Below the pieces are notes generated by a model. That model was not told where the DNA came from. It ran no database searches and worked only from the letters and a program-made list of their open reading frames with translations. Source: Octopus sinensis (taxonomy: Eukaryota). Taken from it: a stretch of DNA of 64,000 bases. The DNA lies in the NCBI RefSeq assembly GCF_006345805.1, contig NC_043000.1, forward strand, positions 91,636,001 through 91,700,000, given 5' to 3'. The position numbers and the translations under genes are program-made. Each line of letters opens with the position of its first letter. The stretch's first letter is position 1. This document shows, piece after piece, positions 1-13,568 of this stretch.

Positions 1-302
1 AAGTCTGCATGCACAACTTTTTTTATGTGTTGCATTCTAAAACTTCAAGGTTGTTTTGCAGTGGCTCTATTTGATTTTGCCTGGTTTGTATAGATTATTT
101 CTTGGGCTTATTGTCCAATTTCGTGTGTTCTGATGGCATAATGACCCAATGCATGCATTTTGCCTTTAGCTGCTCATGTTGGATCCCATCAGCAACTTCC
201 AATTCCTCTCTGATTTTGACACCAAAGGATTAGACAACTTTCAGGAAGCAAGCTATCTCTGCATCACTATGCTGTGCTTTTCAGGCAATGATTACAGCAT
301 AC

Positions 303-351
303 CTTTTTATTTGCTGGGTCAACCTGGTATCTGAAGGTATTTATCTGGAAT
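303..351 (-). other. Candidate 49-nt internal exon of an unidentified minus-strand gene (one open frame, FQINTFRYQVDPANKK)
   Basis: Minus strand reads ttctttattttctccttAG|attcc...aaaaag|GTatgc, i.e. a polypyrimidine acceptor and a donor around non-repetitive sequence. No homology recognised. Confidence 0.3.
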
Positions 352-1499
352 CTAAGGAGAAAATAAAGAAGTTAAAAGAAAAGTAGCACCTTTGATTGAG
401 TTGTCCTCATAAAACTGAAGCAACCAGTATGTATATAATATATATATACTAGTAAGGAGTAAATATTCAGACTTGAATATTTATATAGATATTATTATTG
501 TTATCATTATCTGCAATAAATATAAATAATAGATAACAACAACAATAATATAGGTGATTGTAGGCTTTAAACATATATATATATATATCTATATATATAT
601 ATATATTATATATATATATATATATATATGCATGTACGTATATAAACAGTCATATGCATGTATGTATATAAACATTCATATACATGTATATATATAAACA
701 TGCATATACAGGTATGTATATATATGTCTGTTCTTATCACTCACTATCTACCCATCAGTTAATATGTGTTAATGTGAGTATGCATACATACACATGCATA
801 TGTGTGTGTGTATCTGTATGTGTTTGCAGATCAGTATTGCATCAGAGAATGTGTGGGAATATATTTTGAGAGGTAGTCTAAGAGGTAGTGGTACAACCAG
901 AAATCTGTGGGACAGGAGCAGAGAGAAAGAGAGTGAGAGTGAGAGAGAGAGAGGAAGAGAAAAAGGGAAGGGGAGAGAGATAGAGTGAGAGGGGAAAAGA
1001 AAAAGAGAGAGACTACAGTGTGAGACAGAGACAGAGGGAGAAAAAGAAAGAGTGAAAGAATGTGGCACAGTACCAGGAAGAAGAATTGATAAAGACTAAG
1101 ATAGATTAAAATTCTAAAAGATATATGGAGTAAAGAGAAGGGAAGCATTAGAAATGTGTCCAAAGAAAAAGAAACGGAATAAAGGACAAAAAGATGGATT
1201 GAAGAGAAAGTGAAGAAAAGGAGAATAGATGTAACTATTGAAAAGCAAGATTACTAGGAAATGTCTTAAAACCATTCCTTTCAGTCTGTGGTTTTGTATC
1301 CCTCAACCATTCCAGTCCGGTTAATGACTCACAAGTAATATATAAAAAAAAATGATAGGGAATAATAATTAATAAAAGAAAAAGAGAACCCTGATACAAA
1401 CAATATTTACACTAACAAAAGTTATAATAACGATGATAGTAATAGTATTATTACCAATAAAACTAGAAAGGCAGATAAAAATTGTTTAGATAAGAAAAG

Positions 1500-1562
1500 T
1501 ATATGAATATATATATATGTGTATGTGCGTATGTGCCTGTGTTTGTATGTGTGAGTGTTTGT

Positions 1563-1607
<45 letters not shown>

Positions 1608-1880
1608 AACACTCACACAAACATGCATATACATAGCTGCATATATGTATGTATATATACATATACATACTATGATCATATATACAAATACACACATATA
1701 TTTATATATATATCATGCTATATATATAATATATATACATATATATCATATACATATGCTAATATATATATTATATATATGGTATATATATATCATATAT
1801 ATATATTATATATATGCTATATATATAATATATATATATATATAATATATATATATAATATAATATAATATATATATAAT

Positions 1881-1929
<49 letters not shown>

Positions 1930-1990
1930 GCTATTTATATTTATATGCAAATATACTCACACATACACACTCACACATATATACACATAG
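1500..1990. repeat. Compound (TA)n/(CA)n microsatellite
   Basis: Direct inspection. It is the source of the YIYI/THTH spurious ORFs. Confidence 0.95.
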
Positions 1991-2776
1991 TAAAGTTACC
2001 ATTTTTTGTCTTCTATTTCCTCTATTCCTTCCTATCTGTTTCGGTCTTTCTCTTACAGTCATTCATCAAATTCTTCAAAAGTATATTTGTCAAAGAAACA
2101 TGTTACCAAAGTTATCTGGGAGATTATCAAACTTCATACTTACATTATTATTATGCCTGGTGCCATCTGGAATTTTTCTTCTTTTTCATTTGCTGATAAT
2201 TCTTCATAACTTCACTTCCAGAAGTCTGCAAATCATCTTCTTTGGCCCTAACACTAGTTTATGCTTGCCTCTTCCCATAACTTCAGATTCTCGGGAGTTT
2301 TCTTATGGGGCAGTGATTACAACAAGCATGTTTCGAAAGAAAATTAACTAGATTTGCTCTCCAGAAGTCAAAAATTATTGGCTGGTCATCATAATGTAGA
2401 AAAATACGTTTGTTTGTTTCTATGTACATACATTTGTATGTATGTATGTATGTATGTATGTATGTATGTATGTATGTATGTATGTATGTATATATATATA
2501 TATGAACATACATACAAACATTCGTATGTATGCATCATTATATCATTAGGTTTGAACATACAAGAGCATATGTGCCTTGTGTCAACCTTTTTGTATGCAT
2601 ATATATATATATACATATATACACATCAATATATACATATACATACATATATATGTACATATACATATACATAACATACAAATATATATATATATATGTA
2701 CACACGTGCATATTCTATGTGTGTGTGCAAATATATATATGTGTATATATATATATAAATATATATATACATGTAT

Positions 2777-2807
<31 letters not shown>

Positions 2808-3097
2808 TATATATATGTATGTGTGTGTGTGTTTGTGTGTGTATGTGTATACGGACACATATATTTCTATTTATTCTATTATCTAGCAGAAATATATTTT
2901 TCATTTGGCCATTTTAACATGAGGCTTGTAAAATATAGAATATATATATATATATATATATTCCATATATGTGTGTTGGCATTATCATACTCACATTAAT
3001 ACATATGTACAAATGCCTCCTTGTATTCATATGTATAATTGTTTGCAATGATATATATATATATTTATATATATATATGTGTGTGTGTGTGTGTTTA

Positions 3098-3415
3098 AAA
3101 GGCTCAGCGGTTGGGCTATTTGGCTCCTGATCATAAGGTCATGAGTTCAATTCCTGGTGATGCTTTGTGAGCTTGAGCAAGTCACTTTATTTTCATGTCT
3201 CTCGAGTACACTCAGCTGGCAAAAATGAGTAGTACCTGTATTTCAAAGGGCCAGCCTTGTCGCACTCTGTGCCATGCTGAACCTCCCTGAGAACTGTGTA
3301 ATGGGTACATGTGTCCATGGAGTGCTCAACTACTTGCACATTAATTTCATGAGCTGGCTGTTCCGTTGATCGTATCAGCTGGGACCCCGATCATTGGCGT
3401 AACTGACAGAGTGCT
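3098..3415 (+). mobile_element. tRNA-derived SINE, family C, decayed
   Basis: A-box/B-box-like head (ggctcagcgg...gagttcaattcc), then cttgagcaagtcactttatttt...cactcagctggcaaaaatgagt, a body shared with the copies at 9630, 21390, 27278 and 37750. Confidence 0.8.
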
Positions 3416-3469
3416 CCTACCTACATTAAAATAGTTCTATGCATGTTATTATTCACATGAATGGTAAGG

Positions 3470-4060
3470 CGATGGCAGTAAGCAGAGAGACTCATCAGCA
3501 TGTCAGGCAAAATGCTTTGTAACATTTTGTCTATCTTTGCATTTTGAGTTCAAACTCCACTGAGGTTGACTCGGCCTTCTTGAGTCAATGAAATAATACC
3601 AGGTGAGCACTAAGGCCGATGAAATCGACCTGCCTGCTTCCCTGAAATTGCCTGCATTGTACTAAAACCTGAAACCATTATTCTTATGTATTGTAAGCTG
3701 GCAAAGTCATGACTGCTTCTGGACAAAATGCTTGAGGCATCGTTTAAGACTTTATGTTTTGAGTTCAAATGCCACTGGGATTGATTTGCATTGCAACATT
3801 CTGGGGTTGATAAAGTAAGTACCAGTTGAATATTAGGGTCAATGTGACCAGCTCGCACCCTTACCTGAAATTGCTGACCTTGTGTCAGAATTTGAAACTG
3901 TAATATATATTTCATAGAGATCAAATACTACTGAGGTCAACTTTACCTTACATCCTGCTGGGGTCATAAAATAAATTACCTGTCTATTACTGAGGTTGAT
4001 GGTATTAACAAACACCTTCTCAAAATCTGCTGGCCTTGTGCATATATCACAAACCAGTAT
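3470..4060 (+). mobile_element. Cluster of three decayed family B SINE copies (short-tail variant)
   Basis: Three successive gagttcaaa...gaggtcaac...ggggttgataaa-taagtaccag...tttgaaac units, with many CpG->TpG/CpA changes relative to the 25028 copy. Confidence 0.75.
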
Positions 4061-4106
4061 GCTCTTTTTCTGATTTATGATCTTATAGCAAACATATATA
4101 TATATA

Positions 4107-4275
4107 TCATCATCATCATCATCATCATCGTTTAGCGTCCGCTTTCCATGCTAGCATGGGTTGGACAGTTCAACTGGGGTCTGGGAAGCCGGAAGGCTGC
4201 ACCAGGCCCAGTCTGATCTGGCAATGTTTCTACGGCTGGATGCCCTTCCTAACGCCAACCATTCTGTGAATGTAG
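4107..4275 (-). mobile_element. 3' end of a retroposon with a (GAT)n tail (family D; related pieces at ~9400-9620, 15130-15385, 16105-16240)
   Basis: Minus strand ggttggcgttaggaagggcatccagccgtagaaa...ggacgctaaacgatgatgatg, recurring in the window. Confidence 0.75.
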
Positions 4276-4289
4276 AAGATATATATATA

Positions 4290-4659
4290 TCTAATATATA
4301 AAATCCGTTCTATCTCTCTGTTTGTGCACTTATAACTCGAATATTGTTCATCCAATCATGCTGAAATTTTAAACATGGTTACATGAAAGAGCAGGGCACT
4401 CTGTAATCTAAATAGATTTTCAAAATTGTTAGTTTCAAAGTGAGAATTGTTATTTTTGTAATCTTTTTGTCCTGCTTGTTCTGCCATTAAAAGCAACATG
4501 TTTGCTCAGACGGCCGGCACATAATATTTTGCTAGCAACAAGGCCAAATGGATTTCTTGCCTAATGCGAGCCCAGAGCAATCTCTTATCTCTTACACTAT
4601 TTCAGTATTATGTCTCTATTGTAATATGAGATAATAGTTCAGTTTGAAAGAAGTCTGTC

Positions 4660-4705
<46 letters not shown>

Positions 4706-5733
4706 CTTATGCATTCCAAATCTGAGTTACAGATTTTGACATATGGGGTATCAAAAGATTCAGTACTATTTCACCTACAAATTAAATCTAATTTCCATTC
4801 ACATATTTTCATTTCAAAAATTTAACACAATAACCTTTTTTATAAATCAACTATCATTAACATTTTATACGATGACGTCACATTTTCGATATGCGTGTGT
4901 GCGTGTATACCTTAAAAGACATCAAACATCATGACACACATCTTCACTCACTTTCTCTCTTACATACACATGCATGCACGCATGCACATGCACACACACA
5001 CACACGCATCCATTTCATATAGACGTACATACTTCTTTCACTTTCTTTCTCTGTCCTTTTTGCTTTCTCTTCTTTCAATTTCTGCTCGCTTCAAAGAAAT
5101 TTTTATGGAATGAGTGGGAGAAACACAGAAAAGACGTAATCTCACCAGAAACAAGTATAAAGCAAGGAGGATTGTCGAAAACTGAAGGCAAGAGTATGAA
5201 GAATGATGAGATTCTCTCAAGATCAGACAATACAACTCCGCATTTCACATGACATCGTTTGGTGCATCTAAGAAGATAGATAAACATGAATTTAGGCTGA
5301 CATCAAAGTTCAAGGGCAAGTCTATCACCTCATTGGTTCCCTGTTGCCCACAAATGAACAACCACAGTACCTCCAAATTTACATTATGAGTAATGTAGGA
5401 CAACAAACTTGAAGGAGGTGCTAAAATTTCAAATGATGGGTCGTGTTAGACACGGCCCCGACTGCTGCAAAAGAGAGTATATTGACTGACAGCTTTTCGG
5501 TGCATTCAAATATCACATAACACCCACCTCCAAATTTCCATTACAGGTTAGGGCCTGAAATATTCCAAACGGATGCAGAGCATGTTGCTTAGTCGAATTA
5601 CCCATCATTTACTCAACAAATGTTTTGTTGTCAATGCTGCACTTTCCCATATCACCTGTTTCAACATAACTGTAATATATTATATACAAACTATGCCATT
5701 TTAATCCCAAGCAATGCTGGGTATCTCTGCTAG
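4290..5733 (+). mobile_element. Internally deleted Helitron with a RepHel fragment
   Basis: 5' TC start, and a 3' hairpin cccaagcaatgctggg followed by CTAG|T. Positions 5219-5390 translate (one frameshift) to KIRQYNSAFHMTSFGA..KVQGQVYHLIGSLLPTNEQPQYLQIY, a conserved Helitron Rep-region motif. Confidence 0.85.
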
Positions 5734-5743
5734 TATAAATATA

Positions 5744-5774
<31 letters not shown>

Positions 5775-5862
5775 GATTAAATAATAAGGGTAGAAATTGA
5801 TATTAATCAATTAAAACCAGTGGCTTAGCATATTAAAAAATCTGAAGATTAAAAGTGTTAGA

Positions 5863-6047
5863 TGCAAAATTTAGAGGAATGACCACTAAGGTGGATACCC
5901 TATATGCTAAACATAGACGTCAAATCGTCATTACCACAAAGAATGTGTTCTTTTTCTTGAGAACACATTCTTCCTGGTAATGATGATTTGACGTCTATGT
6001 TTAGTATATAGGGTGTCCACTTTAGTGATCATTCCTCTAAATTTTGT
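5863..6047. repeat. Long near-perfect inverted repeat (~90-bp arms, 8-nt loop) inside a (TA)n-embedded element (5775-6050)
   Basis: caaaatttagaggaatga...aagaatgtgttct pairs with agaacacattctt...tcattcctctaaattttg. Confidence 0.9.
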
Positions 6048-6390
6048 ATATATATATATATCATACATATATATGCACACATATACACATTTATATAATA
6101 AAAGTGCATGAAAATATAGATATGTCTGTGTCTGTATGAGAAAGTGAAGGGGAGGCAACAGAAGACGGGAGTGGTCAAGTCTGATTGTTGCTTCAGGAAT
6201 TTGAATCTTTAATCAGATAAGTGACAAAATTCTGCCACTAGAACTATAGAAGGTATCATATCCCACAAGAATTACTTAATGTAATACACACATATATACA
6301 TATGTACACCAACACCCAACCACATGCACACACTCACATACACACACAGACACAGACACATATACACACATATATATACATGTATACATT

Positions 6391-6424
<34 letters not shown>

Positions 6425-6453
6425 TACATACATACACTGACACAGACACATAT

Positions 6454-6494
<41 letters not shown>

Positions 6495-7283
6495 TACATA
6501 CATACATACATACACTGACACAGACACATATATATACATATATATATTTATATATATATATATACACACATATACATAGACATATACACATACATACATA
6601 CATACATACATACATACATACATACATACATACATACATACATACGTACATAGTTACATACATATATATATTAGCATAGAAGACCTCAGATGCAGAGGAA
6701 TTTCTTGAGTTGAGAATGAAACTAAGAAGTGACAAATTATCATAATTTTAACATATGTCACTCAACAACTATAATATCGCCGAATATCTCTTGCTGTCTT
6801 ATTTATACACTGACTCTTTCTTCTAATGGTGAAAACTTGACAAATATTCCCAGAAAATTGGTGAGCATGAAACCAGGTAATGTCATGGTATTGACCTATA
6901 TAGAGGTCACTCATCAGTTAAGATTCACATGAATATTTTGTTTAGCTGTAAACTTTTTCAACAATGGGTGCAGATGTATCAAAAATGGCAATGCAAAGTA
7001 GAAGATACAAGGTCAGTAATATCATGACGTTGATCCATAGTAAGGTCAGTTAGCAGCTATAATGGTATCTGAATCATAGTGTCTCCTGTTTAGATATAAA
7101 TATTTTGTAGTATTCTCTTGTAAGACTAGTCTGTAGTCTGGGTTTCACTAAAGTGCTTCTCAGAAAATAACAAGGAGGCTAGTGAGTGAAATATTCAAAT
7201 TCATACACACATGTACACACACACACACACATTCATACATACTTACATACACACATATATATCTATATATATATATAAGATAT

Positions 7284-7520
7284 ACTCTCTCTGTTACTCT
7301 TTTGCTTGTTTCAGTCATGTGAGTGTGGCCATGCTGGAGCACTGCCCTTAGTCGAGAAAATTGACCCCAGGACTTATTCTTTGTAAGCCTAGTACTTATT
7401 CTATTGGTTCTCTTTTGTTGAAGCGTTAAGTTACTGGGATGTAAACACACCAGCATCGGTTGTCAAGCGATGTTGAAGGGACAAACACAGACACACAAAC
7501 ATATAAACATATACACAAAC

Positions 7521-7551
<31 letters not shown>

Positions 7552-7727
7552 ATATATATATATGTATATGTACATATATACGATGGGCTTCTTTCAGTTT
7601 TCGTCTACCAAATCCACTCACAAGGCTTTGGTTGGCCCGAGGTTATAGTAGAAGACACTTTGCCCAAGGTGCCATGCAGTGGGACTGAACCCAGAACCAT
7701 GTGGTTCGTAAACAAGCTCCTACGCCT
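7284..7727 (-). mobile_element. tRNA-derived SINE family A with an internal (TA)n/(TG)n tract
   Basis: Reverse complement of the family A consensus seen at 57258-57664. Confidence 0.9.
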
Positions 7728-7889
7728 ATATATATCTATATACTTTTATAAATATACATAAAAATACACACATATATCTATTTATATATTTAAAGAAAGT
7801 ATTTTTATAGATGTTAACTATCTAAAAAGATTATTTAGAGAAAAGAATATCACCAACTATTCGGGAAGAAATTTTCTCATAGTGTGTAC

Positions 7890-9230
7890 TTTATGTGTAA
7901 GCGCTTTCAATGTTCAACTTTTCAAAGACATCCATGCTGAACTAATGTGTATGGGGGTAATTGTTTTTAATAATGGTGTGACTATTTTCAGTCCAATTTT
8001 GAATTTAGAATTCTTATAAAGTATACTTCTTTTACATTTTGCAGTTGATATTTTCCTCTTTTATTTTGTAAAAAAGGAATATTCTGAATTTTCTGTTTTA
8101 CCAAATGTCTAGATGTCTCCCACATGGAACATTTCTAAGAGATGAATCCTTAATTTGCTGTTTGCTCATGTTCACATGACTGGTTAGTTTTGTTCCTATT
8201 TCTCCAACGTATTTCTCATCACACTGTGGGCATGATATGAGATTTTTTCCTTTGAAATTCATGTTTGCATTCACTTTCAATTCCTTCCAATTCTTAAATC
8301 TTTTGGCTGTTCCTTTTTGAATTATTTCATGTGTCCCACTATGAGGGTCTCCGTAGTTTGTCATCTGCATTATCTTTTTCTTTTATGTAAATTTCAGCTT
8401 TGTTAGGAATCTCTTGAGATTTGGTGGTTGTCTTCAGCTGTTGATGGCTTGTGATTTTTTAATGTATTTGTTGTAGATATATTCTTTTATTCATTTATTC
8501 TTTTAGTTGTTTCAGTAATTTGACTGTGGTCATGTTGGAGCATTGATTTGAAGGGTTTTAGTCGAACAAATCAGCCCCAGGACTTTTTAAAACTTAGCAC
8601 TTATCCTATCAGTCTCTTTTGCTGAACCACTAAGTTACGAAGATGTAAACAAACCAACAGTTCAAGTGATGATGGGGGACAAACACTCATAAAGACACAC
8701 ATAAATAGATGCATACATATATATATGCAATGCACTTCTTTCAGTTTCCGTCTACCAAATCCACTTACAAGGCTTTGCTGAGCCTGAAGCTATAGTAGAA
8801 GACACTTGCCCAAGGTGCCACGCAGTGGGACTGAACCTAGAACCATGTTGTTGTGAAGCCAGCTTCTTACCACATAACCATGCCAGCACCAATTTGAAGA
8901 TTTATGTAAAATTGGTATCATTTGACCAAATGTAGGATGTTGTGGTTCTTAGGAATATGGGTGACAACAATGAAATATTTGTATTTATATTTTTGTCTTA
9001 ATACTCAGTATTAGTGTTTCTCCATAAGGTTATGATTAGGATTTCCTTTGCTTTGGATATGGCATGGCTTATTATGCATTTGGTGTATTTCTGTCTTTGA
9101 AGGAACATATTTAGATCTACCAGTTGTGTCTCTCATCTATTTGTGTCTGTAACTATTGAGCATATATGTCTTGCTATATGGAATAGAACGATCCTTTTTT
9201 TATATGGGGAGGGTGGAAAAATCTAAAATC
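7890..9230 (-). mobile_element. Penelope-like retroelement remnant (RT C-terminus plus GIY-YIG endonuclease), interrupted by a SINE
   Basis: ORF 8098-8370 contains NLISCPQCDEKYVGEIG...QQIKD..RNVPCGRHLD, a GIY-YIG with a CxxC insert typical of PLEs. Positions 9030-9200 give decayed ...ICSIVTD...LQRQKYTKCIISHAISKAKEI. A hammerhead relic follows the ORF end. Confidence 0.8.
8490..8890 (-). mobile_element. SINE family A, decayed, nested in the PLE remnant
   Basis: Matches the family A head and tail, with CpG decay. Confidence 0.85.
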
Positions 9231-9629
9231 TAAATATTGGTAAATATCTGTGTTGGGGTCAATAAATTAAGTACCAGTTATGTACTGAGGTCGATCTAAT
9301 TGACTGGCCCTCTCCCCCCAAATTTCAGGACTTGTGCCTAGAGTAGAAAAAGAATATGCTGTGCTTGAGTCGAAACCCATTAAACTAAGTGTGGTTGTAG
9401 TTGTGAAAGACACTGGTGTCATGCAATTGGTGCCTACGTGGTGGCATGTAAAAGCACCCATTACACTCTTGGAGTGGTTGGTGTTAGGAAGAGCATTCAG
9501 CAGTAGAAACCATGCCAAATCAGAATTGCATCTGGTGCAATCCCTCAGCTCTGGTCAAACCGTCCAACTCATGCCAGCATGGACAATGGATGTTAAATGA
9601 TGATAATGATGGTGATAATGTTCTATATA

Positions 9630-9880
9630 GTGGAGGTGCATGGCTTAGTGGTTAGGGTGATGGATTCATTATTGTAAGATTGTGATTTCAATTTCTGGAC
9701 TGGGTGGTGCCTCGTGTTCTCCAGCAAAACACCTCATTTCACATTGCTTCAGTTCACTCAGCTGGAAAAATGAGTAATCCTGCAGTGGACCAGTGTCACG
9801 TCCAGGTGGGGAATACGTATACCATGTGACTGGGAAACCGGTCCCTATGAGTCGGTATGACTCGGGAAAGTAACTTTACC
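9630..9880 (+). mobile_element. SINE family C
   Basis: Head ggaggtgcatggcttagtggttaggg...gatttcaatttc and body cactcagctggaaaaatgagtaa. Confidence 0.8.
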
Positions 9881-9900
9881 TTTTTTTTTATGCTCTATAC

Positions 9901-10188
9901 CAGTGTTTCTCAACCTCTTTACCCTTGCGTAACCCTTAAAATAAATTAACCCCTGCACAAAAAAAAATTATATACCATATCTTTCTCACATTTTTTTTAT
10001 CGTAGTTCACGGGATACATATCATATATATATATATATATATATATATACAAATATACATATATATACATATACATACATATATTCCTGAGCGCCATACT
10101 AATACAATTGTTTGTTTGTATTCCACCTGCCTTCGTCTTTTGTTTATTTTCATAAAGCTTCCCGTTATATATATATATACACACACAA

Positions 10189-10243
<55 letters not shown>

Positions 10244-10460
10244 CATACATATATATATATGGTTGTTATAGTTTTTGATAACATAATAGGTTAGATGATG
10301 TCTATATTACAATATTACAATAACCAATAATATGTTGTGTATGTATAGTAATATTACAATCATGAAATTAGCATTAGCTTATCTCACTCTTTCTTGATGA
10401 ACCCCTAGGCACCTTTTGTGAAAACCAAGGGTTCCGGGGAACTCTGGTTGAAAAATGCTG
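9901..10460. mobile_element. hAT (Charlie-like) MITE
   Basis: TIRs cagtgtttctcaacc / ggttgaaaaatgctg, and an 8-bp TSD ctctatac / ctctatat. Confidence 0.85.
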
Positions 10461-11169
10461 CTCTATATGATAAACCTTATGGGCACTAGCAGCAACATCT
10501 GTAACAGCAATAACAACAACAACATCAGTAACTGAATACTGTTGATACTTGAGTAAGTGTTAGCATATTTAATGGAGCATACATTGAAAAATCATATTAG
10601 AAATAAGTTATATGGTTTGTAAAAGACAACATTAGCTCAATTGTAACAATGATGAAAAAGTCGACTACCATGAGAATAAATTATAATGATGATGATTGTG
10701 ATTATAGTGCTTATTATATAGATTATCCGTAATCTCAATGTTGAGCAGAAGAAAACAGCAGAAAAGAAAAACAAAACAAAATACCCCACAGAAATAGAAA
10801 AAGCAAAAAAAAAAAAAAAAAGAAAAGAAAGGAAAAGAAAGAAAGAATGTATAAGAATGTATTCATATAAAATTTTCAATTTCATGAGAGAATATCTGTA
10901 ATTTTCAGACAAGAATTAAACTTTAGCTCAAAGCTGTTTATTTAAATATTGAGACATTTTAATCAAAACATTTAAATAAACTCGCCTAAGGTTTCATGCC
11001 CAAGTGAGAAATCAATAATTATTTGTGATGAAGGAGACATGCTTCAAGAAATGAATTTAACTAAAATATTTAGAATAAAAAATAATAACACTGAACATAT
11101 TTTCTGGGTTTTATTCTGAATAATTTCAAATGCCGTGTCAATGTTCATTAAATACATACATATATACAC

Positions 11170-11262
<93 letters not shown>

Positions 11263-11264
11263 CA

Positions 11265-11296
<32 letters not shown>

Positions 11297-11880
11297 CATA
11301 TGTTTATATATATATGTGTGTGTGTGTGTGTGTTTGAATGTCTGTATATATGTACATGTATGAATGTGTATATGTGTGTGTGTATATATATATATATATA
11401 TACACACATACATGCATACATACATACACACATACATACATACATACATACATACATACATACATACATACATACATACATGTACATGTATACATACATT
11501 CAAACATGCATAAATAAATAAATATACACTTGCATGCATACGTAAGTATCAATATAAATTCCCATTTATGCAGATAATTATTGATGCACTTAGAAGTATT
11601 AGTAAATGTTTAAAAGATAAGGTTGAAAGTCCAGGGATTTCAGGCAAAGAAAGTAACCAGCTAACATTTCAATTTGCATATGCGATCTATAAGATGATCA
11701 GAGAAAAATAAATTGTAAAACTTGTTCTAAAAGTTCGGCATTTAAAAACTCACCCTCATTTTTTTATCCCTACTCTAGGCAACATCTGCAGGTGACCTGG
11801 GACTTAATATCAAAAACTAGGTTGGACAAAAGTAACTGAGAATAAAATAACTAGTCAAGAATGTTTTGTATTACAAGCAT

Positions 11881-13134
11881 ACGAGGGATGTTCGTTAAAG
11901 ATTTCCTCTGACCCACTTCCAGTGATTGCAGAAAACAGAACTTATACTGGTGTAATCTTACATGTCTCTACATGACACATTGTAAATTACAGCTTTCTAC
12001 TAGCATTCGTTTGTCTGTTAATGCTGTTGAAGGGGACTAAGGTGTTGTAAAGGAAGCAGTTGAATGCAGACCAGTGATCAGGTTCTTATACTTGAAAGGT
12101 ACTTTCACTGTGATGAAAGAAGTTTATGATGATGATGCATCATCATACGATGTAGTCAAGCACTGGCATTGCCAGTTCAAACGTGGTCAGACATCAGTGG
12201 ACACTGCTCCTGTTCCTGGACAACCACAATCTGCAATTGATGCCAACAACATCCATAAAGTGGAAAGCACCATTTTGGAAGATTGCCACATAACTATTTG
12301 GCAACTAGCTCAATAAGTGAAGATAAGGGAAGGGTCCATGGAAAAAAATCACTTATGACCATTTGCACATGTAGAAATTTTCTGCACGATAGATTCCTTG
12401 GGTGCTCACACATTTTCAGAAGCAGAAACAGGTCAATTGCTCCCAAGCTTTTTTGGCAATGTGCCAAGAAAATGAGGACTATTCCAGCAGATTTATCACA
12501 CAGGATGAAACATGGGTCCATCACCATGATCATGAGACTAAAGTCCAGTGAAAGCAATGGAAGCATGATAACTCCCTACCTCCAAAGAAGGCTCGCGTTC
12601 AATCCTCAGCAAGCAATGTGATGCTCAGTCTTTTGGGACCAGTGCGGAGTAGTGATGATGGATTTTCTTGTAAAGGGCACCACAATTAATGGGGCATATT
12701 ATGCTTCTCTGATGCAGAAATTGCTAGACGCTATCAAAAGAGAGAGGCGTGGCATGCTGACTGAAGGAGTTCGCCTCCTCCAAGGCAACACCCCAATTCA
12801 CAATGTGCATGTTGCCCAGATGAAAGCACAACCCTCCAGCTATGAAATCCTTCCACATCCCCATTACTCTCCCAACTTTACACCATCTGGCTTCCACCTC
12901 ATTCCAGTTAAGAAGTCTTTTTTTAAAAGGGGAAGCACTTTTTGGAGGCTGATGAACTTATTTCCAATGTAAAGTCTTGGCTCCAGACGCAACCTACCGA
13001 CTTCTACAGATGCAGTCTTCACAGCTGCATAAAGTGATGGGAGAAGTGTGTCACCGTTGGTAGTTGCTATGTACAGAAGGACTAATAATTACGCCAAGTT
13101 TCATTTATCCCACTCCTTAGGAACACCCTTCATA
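11881..13134 (+). mobile_element. Full-length decayed mariner (DD34D-type) transposon with a transposase pseudogene
   Basis: TIR-like ends TAcgagggatgttc / gaacacccttcaTA. Frameshifted translation includes VIRFLYLKG, ITQDETWVHH, LLQGNTPIH and LPHPHYSPNFTPSGFHL. Confidence 0.92.
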
Positions 13135-13463
13135 CCTCGGTGGGTTCACTAAACCTAGTAGTTAATTATACAGAGATAATGTGAGGTGAGACTAAGAGGT
13201 CATGAAGTAGGTTTCAGTGACAGGTGTCATAGAGGTTTATGAAATCAAAGATGGTGGCATAGCAATTTATAAGTATTAAGTTAGTAACCTGTCAGAGTCA
13301 AATGAACTGAGAAATTCACTTCTCAACCACTAGGTTTTGGTGTTCACATCCACTGTGTGACATTATAGGTAAACATTTTCAGCAATAGCCTCTGAGTGAG
13401 CAAAGCCTTTTGAGTGGATTTGGTAGAAGGAAAGTGAAGAAAGATTATTGCATACATACATAC

Positions 13464-13527
<64 letters not shown>

Positions 13528-13568
13528 GTTTATGTATGTATGTATGTATTTATTTATGCGTATATATA

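Noticed and set aside
1995-2390. Unique purine-rich minus-strand segment with donor-like sites, possibly a coding exon
   Set aside because: It has stops in all three frames and no convincing acceptor.
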